From: Eledone cirrhosa
Taxonomy: Eukaryota
Length of the DNA: 64,000 nucleotides
Assembly: GCA_964016885.1 (NCBI GenBank)
Contig: OZ024747.1
Location: forward strand, 22,692,001 to 22,756,000
Direction: 5' to 3'
Under the pieces are notes generated by a model. The model was not told the origin of the DNA. It worked only from the letters and a program-made list of their open reading frames with translations, and made no database searches. A program made the position numbers and the translations under genes. Positions 41,267-53,900 of the stretch are shown here, piece after piece (within the stretch, counting starts at the first letter, position 1; each line of letters starts with the position of its first letter).

Positions 41267-44263
41267 TTATGACACACTCTGTTGTTCTGTAGGAACATTG
41301 CGGATGATATCAGAATCACCTGAAAAGAGAGAAGGAGAAATCGGAGAAATCATTAAATTATAGTTCACACCATAAGCATATAATATTCACAACATTGGAA
41401 TCATGAACCAAATAATCACATTTGAAAATTAAAATAAGACCAGACTAACAAAAAGAATCATTACCTGGATCAGTGATACTCAGTGTACACACTCGGAAAT
41501 ATTTACCACAAGCTGTTCCAAGATCAATATTGCTGCCATTGTAATGGTGAACACCAGTCTTAGCCAACATAGCGTAGTACTCAATCTCACTTTTCCTGTT
41601 AAGAGAAAAAATTTGTTATAAAAAAGATTCGCAACAATACCATACGTTAGAGCTATTTTTAAAACTAAATGTTATCTCTCAACAATAGCTTCAATGACTG
41701 CAATCCTCACCCATGACTAAGCATCAATTGTGGATTGAAATATATTAACTGCCTTCCTTCCATATAAAGCAGACCACACAAGCACAAAGAACTGCCTCCG
41801 AAAGTCGAATTCTTTAATTTGCTGACTATATAATGTAAAGACAGCGAATTACTGATGGTGTCGGAAAATGTCATTGTTAATGACTACCTCTGACATATTT
41901 TAACTGAATACAATATGACAATACCTAACAAGGTTGGTGGGACTGCAGAGGAATGAGACACACTGCAGCAAGTTCATAAAGATAAGCCTATATCCTTGTC
42001 GAAGGGAATGATATGAGATACAATCTAATAGGTTAGCTATACTTCTACAGGAGCAAGCTGTAAATTTCACTTCAATCTCAAAGTTTTACAAATCTGTGAT
42101 AGCCGAATACAATGAAGTAAAAATTAACTGGACATTCATAAAATTGGTCAGCCTGGCAACATGTCATGGGATTAAAGGCAATCCTGATCTATGCAGTGCA
42201 CCCGCCGCCCTCACAACTATCAGGTCCACAGCTACTGTAAACACTATGTATGTGCAATCATTTTCTGCTGCATTTTTTTACCAATGTACAAGGGGGGAAA
42301 ACCAATTAACCTTTTTAATTTGCAGCTGGTGATGTATGATAATGCAAGGAGCAATCCATGACAGCAGAGAAATATGAACAGTAGAAGACCAGTTCCTGAA
42401 CAATATCCATTGTAGGTTCAACAAAAAACCACGCCAGGGTACTTCATGGAACTAGCGATTTTCTCTTTAAAAAGAAATCAAACATCACATGAAAAGACAA
42501 AAAATGGCTTCATCGTTGCTTTTGTCGGGCTCCGAAGCCAGACGAAGTAAGAAAAAAATAAATAAAATTCCAATCCATAGCACCCAGGAGTTTTAATTAT
42601 TACCGTATAATATACAAGAACAACTGTCGAACATTGAAAGGATAGAGTTATAGTCGGAATTGTAAATACTTTAGCCATTTAAAACCTTATTTAATTGTTT
42701 CTACTTTTGGCACAAGGCCAGCAATTACCAAGTGCATTACTGGTACTTAATTTTATCGTCCCCGTAAGGATGAAAGGCAAAGTTAACCTCATTTAACCAT
42801 GTAAAGATTTAACAGAAAATACAAAAGTTTATAGTGGGCAGAGACTGCGAAGATCTGCAATATTAAGAGTAAATGTGATGCAGCCATGGTACTGTTCTGT
42901 ACTTTTCAAGTGATTTACGAATGTGGTTTTATGCAGCATTTACAATCTCAATTATATCACAACCTTCCATATTTAATTTATGGCCACCAATCATCGGGGC
43001 CAGTGTTCGTCAGTTGTCTTTTCCTTAAGAGTAAAAACTTCCAGCAATTAATGCGTTACAAAATGAACAAAAAATTGATAAACAGTATAATACTGGGAAA
43101 CAAAACATTCGCATACCTTAAAGGAGGAGTGTTGTTGGCAATGATAACCAATTTGGCTTTGCCCTGTCTAATGGTTTTCAAAGCTTGTTTATAACCGAGC
43201 ACATATTTACCACTTTTCATCACCAAAGCCAACCTTGAGTTGATATTCTCAATGGCCTTTTTCTGAAGTGAATAGAAATTAAATACAGTGAATATAAAGT
43301 TACTTGAAAATAGGACACAACAGACACTGGTTCCTGGAACTGACATTCATGAATGGTAGATATGGAAGAACATCAGATATATATAATCGAGATAGCATAT
43401 CTTCATCAACAAGCACATATACCGAGGGCGATGAATATCCCGAAGTAACACGATGCCTTTTTTTTGCATTTCAATAACGAAACCAGTATTTCTGATATTC
43501 TTCTACATCATCAATTCATGAAGGTTAATTCTCGACCCGCCGGTTGTGTCGAAAACAGCAGATTGAGAAGCGGAAAAAAAGCAATAGAATGTACAGGACA
43601 ATCGCTGACATCTCGAAATATGAAAATATATCATTTAATTCACCAAATACATTTCATATGATCTGCTCATACGTAGTACATACACGAACAGATTAGGGAA
43701 CCCTAATCCGAACGTGTACATATGCAACCGATTTGGTTAACCGGACGAGATATATATATTTCGACATCTGTTAAATTATATTCAATATTAAGTAACAAGA
43801 TTTCTTTTAAGTTGAGGATCGATTGATCAGTGCAGTACTGGTATTTTACCGACGCTCTCGTGGGATTTGACTATAACGAAATATTTATTAGTTCGGATGT
43901 AATCCACTTTACTATATAATTATTTAGCTGCATTGTCTCAATATTTAAACAGTAATAAAATACTTTTAGATAGATATAGGAAATATAGACTAATTCTATC
44001 AAAGTAATGTCGACACGTGGTTCCACAACACGTGCGTAATTTAGAAAATAAAATTACTAAGGAAATAATAACACTCGATTTAGAATTCGATTGTTAACAT
44101 TACATTAACATAGCAAACGAAAATTATATACAGTTAAAATAAGAGAAAAAAAACTGCTTTAAAGGAATATAGTTCTTTCTTTCCTTCTCTAGCATTAAGT
44201 TCAAGATGGCGAGTTGGATGTAAAGTTAAAAGAGCAACTTACAGATTTCTTTGGGGCGACCAT
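41267..44263 (-). CDS. RPL30: 60S ribosomal protein L30 (eL30), complete, 116 aa
   Basis: Exons 44263-44243 (MVAPKKS), 43262-43117 ([49 protein letters not shown]), 41595-41465 ([44 protein letters not shown]) and 41319-41267 ([16 protein letters not shown]), total 351 nt. A non-coding first exon at about 44441-44406 splices to 44288. AATAAA (minus) at 41246-41251. Confidence 0.98.
44202..44211. promoter_or_regulatory. YY1-type site just inside the RPL30 intron following the ATG exon
   Basis: CAAGATGGCG matches the YY1 consensus. Downstream YY1 sites are an established feature of metazoan ribosomal protein genes. Confidence 0.5.
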
Positions 44264-44430
44264 GGCTATAGTTTTACTTCCACTCGATCTGATAATAGAT
44301 AAAAACAGAGATACAGCGATAAGTTAACTTCTCGATTAATAAAAATAGATGAACACCAGTTCAATTAGCACAATTTACAGAAAATTTAACTACCAAATTA
44401 CATACACGAAGTCAATCGACGAACGTCAAT

Positions 44431-44492
44431 GAAGAGAAAGGACAATTATAAAAAATCTCGCGAGATTTACGTCTTACACATCACGTGATAAT
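44431..44492. promoter_or_regulatory. Shared RPL30/WDR35 bidirectional promoter: TCT/TOP start, TCTCGCGAGA palindrome, E-box
   Basis: Minus-strand CCTTTCTCTTC at 44441-44431; 16-bp palindrome AAATCTCGCGAGATTT at 44453-44468; TCACGTGATAAT at 44481-44492. The WDR35 ATG is only 150 bp from the TOP tract. Confidence 0.7.
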
Positions 44493-44590
44493 TATTTTTC
44501 ACGTTTTAACTGAGCTTTGGATTACGAAAACACGAAATATACATATAAATATTTTTATTTATTAAGTTGTTTACTAATTCTACATTTAAG

Positions 44591-47500
44591 ATGATTGTCT
44601 ATCTGAGTAAAAAGGTATTTCAACTATAAATTTAACTCTAACATAATTTCATGCTGGTTGAAGGAGATATAAGGGAATAGTCTGGGTTTGCTGTTTTAGC
44701 TCTGAAACATTGGTAACTAATGAAGCCATGCTCTCCGTTGTCATGGAACTTTCATTTTGTTCCTGATCTTCAGCACTTATAAAGTTTGTCTGTATATTTG
44801 GAGTTGAAATTTTAATGAGATGATATTTTAGATATTGTTTTATTGACATAGCTACCGCTTAGTGCCCTTCTCCCAACTTTGTTTCTTAATAACTTTATTA
44901 ATAATGCTTATTATTAAAATGAGATATTGCAGAGATACATTTTCGAAGTTGTATAAATACGATTAAGTTAATAAAAAAATATTAGGCATTTGGGTTTATA
45001 TAGTGGTAAGACTAAGGAAGAAGGTTTTTGGAAGGAGCTTTGCTATTTGTGATATATATATATATATATATATATATTAGACCTGTCAACTCTCCCCGCC
45101 GGACGGAGAGATTTCCTACCCACTTTGGGGTGGGTGAGAGATGTCTTCTTTTGTGAAAATTGGTATAGCTTTCATTATGTAAAATCTCCCCATTTTGCCT
45201 CATTTCTCCCCGCTTTGGGGCGCCTTTTTTCATAGGACTACCTGTGGGTACTCGTTTTTTTTTTGTTTTTTTTCGTGCGCTATCAACTAATCTAACCTCC
45301 AAAATGCTAGCAATCGACTTTTTTTACCGGAGATTGGAGGAGGGTGGGATGGCCCCATCCCATCGAATAACGACCCCCCCCCCACTCCTGGGAGTTTTCC
45401 CTGCGATTTTTTTTCGTGTGTTATCAACGGACAGGACCTCCAGACCAGTCGAAAACGACTAGATTTGTAGAAAAAGTAGGGTGAAAAGGAGCGAAAAGAC
45501 CATCAGAGTTTCACAGATCTACACACCTGTCGCGTTCAGTGGGAAATAATTATCTTTAAGTGTTTTTTATGGATTTCTTAGATGCTTGCAATAGCATTCT
45601 GTCTAATGCTCTCAAGGACGTCTAAAGAGACATTTCAAAGTTCATCATAATGCACAGGTTGTTCAAGCTGTGGATGGCCTTTTAAAAGTATGCCTGGTCT
45701 AAAGAGCCACCTAATATCTCATGCCAGAACTGAGCTTTATGTACACTAAAGTGGTCAAACTCTGTATTGAACAGACAATCATGTGTTACTTTACAATGGA
45801 ATACATTACAATGCAATGGATTACATTACAATATGAAACATTACGTTACAATGTGTAACGTTTACATTACAACGAGTTACGTTTCAATGTGTAACGTTAC
45901 ATTACAACGAGTTACATTACAATGAGTAACGTTACACTACAATGAGTTACGTTACAATGTGTAACATTACATTACAACGAATTACGTTACAATGTGTAAT
46001 GTTACATTTCAATGGGTTACGTTACAATGTGTAACGTAACATTACAACGAGTTACGTTACAATGTGTAACGTTACATTACAATTAAATTGGAAAAATGAA
46101 TAAAAGTCAAATTAGCTAGGTGTTCATCATCATCATCATCATTTTACGTCCGCTTTTCCCTGCTTTCAAGGGTTGGACGGGTCCTATTCAGCACAGCATC
46201 TCTCCACTTGTCACGGTCCTTCGTCATCTCCTCGGTGAGTTTCAGCTCTCAACACCTCCGCCCATTTTTTTCGTGGTCTACCTCTACTGCGTCTTCCTTC
46301 TACTCTGATTTCTTGGCACTTCTTTACCCAGCGGTCATCCTCCATGCGCATCACATGTCCATACCATCTCAGCCTTCTCTCCTGCACACAACAACTTATC
46401 TCTCTTATACCCAGTTTCTTTCTCAACTCGTCTATGCTTGGTCGTTCACGCACATTGGCATTGCACATCCAACGGAGCATGCTTGCCTCATTTCTCTCCA
46501 GCCGTCACATATCTTCTGCAGTTGCTGCCCATGTCTCACTACCATGCAGCATCACGCATCTCACACAGGCATCATATAACCGCCCTTTCAGAATGTTGAA
46601 TTGTTAAACATTTTTTTCAAAAGTATTGCCTTTTAATATATGTATTTTCTTTTAATTTTTGTTCTTTACAGATTACTATGCCAAATAGTACTAAATTATT
46701 TTGTGTTGCCTGGAACAAAAAGCACGGGTACATAGCATGTGGAGGTGAAGATGGATTCCTCAAAATAATGCATTTGGAGTCTCCTTTATGTAAGTCAGCT
46801 TTTGGCAGTATCGGTAGAGGGTCGGACGCCATGCTTTCCAGCATAGTTACGTCCCTTTACGATCTGAGTTCAAATCCCGCCGAGGTTGACTTTGCCTTTC
46901 ATCCTTACGGGGTCGATGAAATAAAGTACCAGTAACGCACTGGGTAATTGCTGGCCTTGTGCCTAAAGTAGAAACAATTATTTATTACTAAAATAAGAGC
47001 AGACGATTGGCAGTATTGTTTGTGCAAAACACATTGTGGTATTTGTTTTGGTTCTTTATGTTTTGAGTTGAAATCCTGCCAAGGTTAACTCTCTCTTTCA
47101 CCCTTCCAGTGTTGATAAAATAAAGTACCAGTCACGTACTGCGGGTTGACGTAATCGACTTATCCCCTCCATCAAATTGCTGTCCTAGCACCAAAATTAA
47201 ATGAGGGAGAGGGATTGGCAGTATCAGTAGAGAATTTGACAATGCTTTGCAGCATTTAGTTACAACTTTCTACATTCTGAGTTCAAATCCCGAGGTCAAC
47301 TTTGCCTTTCATCCTTCTGGGGTCAATAAAATAAAATACCAGTTAAATCCTGAGGTCAATATAAGTGACTTTCCTCTTCCCCTAAATTGCTGGTTTTATG
47401 TCTAAATTAGAAATAATTATTTATTACTAAAATAGATTGATTAAAATCTTTATAGAAATTTCTTTATAACTATTGTGATAGCGTAAGATTTCAGTTGATC

Positions 47501-47794
47501 AGGGCCAACATCTTGATTGTATTGAAACTTAAATGAAACATAAATATAGTCATGAAAGAGTTAATTGAAGCCTGATGTACCCCTTCCATACACATGCACA
47601 CATGTGTGTATCATGACTCATGCACTGTTCATTTTCCTGATGTTTGTGCATTGCCCTATGTACTGTACATGCACTTTTTGATGAGTTGTGGTGCACCTGG
47701 GCACTGTACACAATATTTCATTATTATTATTATTATTATTAAAGTACCAGTAATGCACTGGGTAATTGCTGGCCTTGTGCCTAAAATAGAAACA

Positions 47795-47831
<37 letters not shown>

Positions 47832-47934
47832 CATGACTCATACACTATTCATTTTCCTGACATTTGTACATTCTATGTACTATACATGCACCTTTGATGA
47901 GTTGTAGTGCACCTGAGCACTGTACACAATAATT

Positions 47935-47972
<38 letters not shown>

Positions 47973-50900
47973 TGAGAAAGAGAATGGGCTAACAATTCAA
48001 GCTACTGTATTTCCAGGCATCAAAGACGCTACCTTTTTCCTAAAATAAGTCTGAAAAATCTACCATGCGTCCTGGAGGTTGAAGGTTGTTTATTAATTTT
48101 TTTTCAAATTTTTGGTTGTCAAAATTTGGGTGCATCCACAAGGATGAAGCGTCTTTGGTGCTGGGAAATACGGTAATTAAAATAATTGTTAATTTGCTGT
48201 TTCTGGCTATCTGTGCTCCCTTTCTGCCATCTGATATTATAAATTAAGCTGATGAGGCAGCCTCTATATTATTGATTGCCCTACTATAATAGCTGGCAAA
48301 TCTCCCTTCTCCCTTTAGCATTTAAATCGGCCATATCTGGCCAGAATTCTCTCACCTCTTTCTGTTCAAACTGGCTGTAATTGGCCGCCCATACTGATGT
48401 TAAGGTATTGTTCTCAAAATAAATAATATCAAAATTTCATAATTCAATGTTGTGTGAGATAAAGCCTTTACCATTAACATACAATAGTATATATAGAGTA
48501 ATGTAAATGCTAAAGGGTTAAACCACACACTATTGTCATTAAAAAAACAAAACAGGACACATTGGATAATGTTGTCTTGGATGCAGTGTAACTAAGCAAA
48601 AAGACGGGATAGTCATGGTTGGAATTCCTTTTATATGGTCTACTCGATCATGACTGATCTGGGGTAATCTTATGAATTCAATTAGCCGAACACTTGAAAC
48701 TAACATCACTTTCTAAACTGTACAGTTTCTACTTTAATTTCCAGCTTCAAGTGATAGTAAGCAGAAACACCGCCATAATATTCTTCCTTTGAACCAAAGT
48801 GTGGCAGGACATACAAGTAAGAACCTTATTGTCATTTTATACAAGTGTATCTGTATGTGATATTGGTTATATAGATAATATATCTTTGTATGTGATATTG
48901 TTGGTTGTATTGATAATATAGCTTTGTTTGTGATATTGTTGGTTATATTGATAATATAGCTTTGTATGTGATATTGTTGGTTATATTGATAATATAGCTT
49001 TGTTTGTGATATTGTTGGTTGTATTGATAATATAGCTTTGTTTGTGATATTGTTGGTTATATTGATAATATAGCTTTGTTTGTGATATTGTTGGTTATAT
49101 TGATAATATAGCTTTGTTTGTGATATTGTTGGTTATATAGATAATATAGCTTTGTTTGTGATATTGTTGGTTATATTGATAATATAGCTTTGTTTGTGAT
49201 ATTGTTGGTTATATTGATAATATAGCTTTGTATGTGATATTGTTGGTTATATTGATAATATAGCTTTGTATGTGATATTGTTGGTTATATTGATAATATA
49301 GCTTTGTATGTGATATTGATGGTTATATTGATAATATAGCTTTGTTTGTGATATTGTTGGTTGTATTGATAATATAGCTTTGTTTGTGATATTGTTGGTT
49401 ATATTGATAATATAGCTTTGTTTGTGATGTTGTTGGTTATATTGATAATATAGCTTTGTATGTGATATTGTTGGTTATATTGATAATATAGCTTTGTTTG
49501 TGATATTGTTGGTTGTATTGATAATATAGCTTTGTTTGTGATATTGTTGGTTATATTGATAATATAGCTTTGTTTGTGATATTGTTGGTTATATTGATAA
49601 TATAGCTTTGTATGTGATATTGTTGGTTATATAGATAATATAGCTTTGTTTGTGATATTGTTGGTTATATTGATAATATAGCTTTGTTTGTGATATTGTT
49701 GGTTATATTGATAATATAGCTTTGTATGTGATATTGTTGGTTATATAGATAATATAGCTTTGTTTGTGATATTGTTGGTTATATTGATAATATAGCTTTG
49801 TTTGTGATATTGTTGGTTATATTGATAATATAGCTTTGTATGTGATATTGTTGGTTATATTGATAATATAGCTTTGTTTGTGATATTGTTGGTTATATTG
49901 ATAATATAGCTTTGTATGTGATATTGTTGGTTATATAGATAATATATCTTTGTATGTGATATTGTTGGTTGTATTGATAATATAGCTTTGTATGTGATAT
50001 TGTTGGTTGTATTGATAATATAGCTTTGTTTGTGATATTGTTCGTTATATAGATAATATATCTTTGTATGTGATATTGTTGGTTATATTGATAATATAGC
50101 TTTGTTTGTGATATTGTTGGTTATATTGATAATATAGCTTTGTATGTGATAGTGTTGGTTATATTGATAATATAGCTTTGTATGTGATATTGTTGGTTGT
50201 ATTGATAATATAGCTTTGTTTGTGATATTGTTGGTTATATTGATAATATAGCTTTGTTTGTGATATTGTTGGTTGTATTGATAATATAGCTTTGTTTGTG
50301 ATATTGTTGGTTATATTGATAATATAGCTTTGTTTGTGATATTGTTGGTTATATTGATAATATAGCTTTGTATGTGATATTGTTGGTTATATTGATAATA
50401 TATAATATAATATAATGAAATTATTGTGTAAAGTGTTCAGGTGCACTACAACTCGTCAAAGGTGTATGTATAGTACATAGAATAATACACAAATGTCAGG
50501 GAAGTACATGTGTGTATGTGTTAGCTGTAGTGTTGGCGGATCTCGGGAAGCATGGAGGCCTTAAAGGATGCAGTGTCTCCACAGCTAACAACTGATGCAG
50601 GTAGTTTGTTCCATGCTTCAGCAACTCTGAGCGTGAAAAAATGTTTCCGAAAGTCATGGGAACTGTGCTGTTTCCTTACTTTGTGGGCATGTCCACATGT
50701 GTTAGACACATGTATGTGATATAGTTATTTTATACAGGAGTATCTGTATGTAAAATATATTGTTAGTTAAATAGGTAATATATGTTTGTATATGATAGTG
50801 TTGGTTGCAATCTTCATATGTGAGAATGATAAAGCATGGATGAACTGAGAGAGAAACTTAGTATAAGAGGAGACTGCATTGGCATGGACATGTGATGTGC

Positions 50901-53900
50901 ATGATAGATTGGGTGTTGTGCTTGTGATGATGATGAGGATAATGACAGTAGTGGTCACTGAGTTTGTAATGGGAACAGTGGCGTGCAGAGCTCTGGTGAT
51001 GCTCGGGCCAAATCTTGATTGTATGCCCCAAAGACTCAAGTATAAAGCCTAATATACTGAGAAATATTATGAGAAAGGAAAATATTTTGAATATATAAAC
51101 ACAGATGAAACATGAAATAAACGCTTTATTCAATTTTAATATGAATCAATCAAATTTATTAAGTTCTTTTCCCCAAAGGATGCCTGGGGCCAACACACCG
51201 TCGCCCACCCCCTTCCTCGGCACGCTACTGGATGGGAATGATGTTGATGTTAATCTTGATAGTAGTGGAGGTTGGCACCCATGCCAATGATTATAAGGTG
51301 GTATTGTGTTTATGATAGTGGTATCATTGATGAGGACTCCATTCCTAGCAGTGGTTTATAAAGTGGTATTGTGTTTATGATAGTGGTATCATTGATGAGG
51401 ACTCCATTCCTAGCAGTGGTTTATAAGGTGGTATTGTGTTTATGATAGTGGTATCATTGATGAGGACTCCATTCCTAGCAGTGGTTTATAAGGTGGTATT
51501 GTGTTTATGATAGTGGTATCATTGATGAGGACTCCATTCCTAGCAGTGGTTTATAAAGTGGCATTGTGTTTATGATAGTGGTATCATTGATGAGGACTCC
51601 ATTCCTAGCAGTGGTTTATAAGGTGGTATTGTGTTTATGATAGTGGTATCATTGATGAGGACTCCATTCCTAGCAGTGGTTTATAAGGTGGTATTGTGTT
51701 TATGATAGTGGTATCATTGATGAGGACTCCATTCCTAGCAGTGGTTTATAAGGTGGCATTGTGTTTATGATAGTGGTATCATTGATGAGGACTCCATTCC
51801 TAGCAGTGGTTTATAAAGTGGTATTGTGTTTATGATAGTGGTATCATTGATGAGGACTCCATTCCTAGCAGTGGTTTATAAGGTGGCATTGTGTTTATGA
51901 TAGTGGTATCATTGATGAGGACTCCATTCCTAGCAGTGGTTTATAAAGTGGTATTGTGTTTATGATAGTGGTATCATTGATGAGATCTCCATTCCTAGCA
52001 GTGGTTTATAAAGTGGTATTGTGTTTATGATAGTGGTATCATTGATGAGGACTCCATTCCTAGCAGTGGTTTATAAAGTGGTATTGTGTTTATGATAGTG
52101 GTATCATTGATGAGATCTCCATTCCTAGCAGTGGTTTATAAAGTGGTATTGTGTTTATGATAGTGGTATCATTGATGAGGACTCCATTCCTAGCAGTGGT
52201 TTATAAAGTGGTATTGTGTTTATGATAGTGGTATCATTGATGAGATCTCCATTCCTAGCAGTGGTTTATAAAGTGGTATTGTGTTTATGATAGTGGTATC
52301 ATTGATGAGGACTCCATTCCTAGCAGTGGTTTATAAAGTGGTATTGTGTTTATGATAGTGGTATCATTGATGAGGACTCCATTCCTAGCAGTGGTTTATA
52401 AAGTGGTATTGTGTTTATGATAGTGGTATCATTGATGAGGACTCCATTCCTAGCAGTGGTTTATAAAGTGGTATTGTGTTTATGATAGTGGTATCATTGA
52501 TGAGGACTCCATTCCTAGCAGTGGTTTATAAGGTGGTATTGTGTTTATGATAGTGGTATCATTGATGAGGACTCCATTCCTAGCAGTGGTTTATAAGGTG
52601 GTATTGTGTTTATGATAGTGGTATCATTGATGAGGACTCCATTCCTAGCAGTGGTTTATAAGGTGGCATTGTGTTTATGATAGTGGTATCATTGATGAGG
52701 ACTCCATTCCTAGCAGTGGTTTATAAAGTGGTATTGTGTTTATGATAGTGGTATCATTGATGAGATCTCCATTCCTAGCAGTGGTTTATAAAGTGGTATT
52801 GTGTTTATGATAGTGGTATCATTGATGAGGACTCCATTCCTAGCAGTGGTTTATAAAGTGGTATTGTGTTTATGATAGTGGTATCATTGATGAGGACTCC
52901 ATTCCTAGCAGTGGTTTATAAAGTGGTATTGTGTTTATGATAGTGGTATCATTGATGAGGACTCCATTCCTAGCAGTGGTTTATAAGGTGGTATTGTGTT
53001 TATGATAGTGGTATCATTGATGAGGACTCCATTCCTAGCAGTGGTTTATAAGGTGGTATTGTGTTTATGATAGTGGTATCATTGATGAGGACTCCATTCC
53101 TAGCAGTGGTTTATAAGGTGGCATTGTGTTTATGATAGTGGTATCATTGATGAGGACTCCATTCCTAGCAGTGGTTTATAAAGTGGTATTGTGTTTATGA
53201 TAGTGGTATCATTGATGAGATCTCCATTCCTAGCAGTGGTTTATAAAGTGGTATTGTGTTTATGATAGTGGTATCATTGATGAGGACTCCATTCCTAGCA
53301 GTGGTTTATAAAGTGGTATTGTGTTTATGATAGTGGTATCATTGATGAGGACTCCATTCCTAGCAGTGGTTTATAAAGTGGTATTGTGTTTATGATAGTG
53401 GTATCATTGATGAGGACTCCATTCCTAGCAGTGGTTTATAAAGTGGTATTGTGTTTATGATAGTGGTATCATTGATGAGGACTCCATTCCTAGCAGTGGT
53501 TTATAAGGTGGTATTGTGTTTATGATAGTGGTATCATTGATGAGGACTCCATTCCTAGCAGTGGTTTATAAGGTGGTATTGTGTTTATGATAGTGGTATC
53601 ATTGATGAGGACTCCATTCCTAGCAGTGGTTTATAAGGTGGCATTGTGTTTATGATAGTGGTATCATTGATGAGGACTCCATTCCTAGCAGTGGTTTATA
53701 AAGTGGTATTGTGTTTATGATAGTGGTATCATTGATGAGATCTCCATTCCTAGCAGTGGTTTATAAAGTGGTATTGTGTTTATGATAGTGGTATCATTGA
53801 TGAGGACTCCATTCCTAGCAGTGGTTTATAAAGTGGTATTGTGTTTATGATAGTGGTATCATTGATGAGGACTCCATTCCTAGCAGTGGTTTATAAAGTG

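Noticed and set aside
43361-43410. C/D snoRNA (UGAUGA...CUGA on minus) in an RPL30 intron
   Set aside because: The boxes span under 40 nt with a TA-rich interior, and I found no recognisable guide or convincing terminal stem.
46803-46880. tRNA gene (box A/box B)
   Set aside because: The A/B boxes continue into a multi-copy SINE body and there is no cloverleaf.
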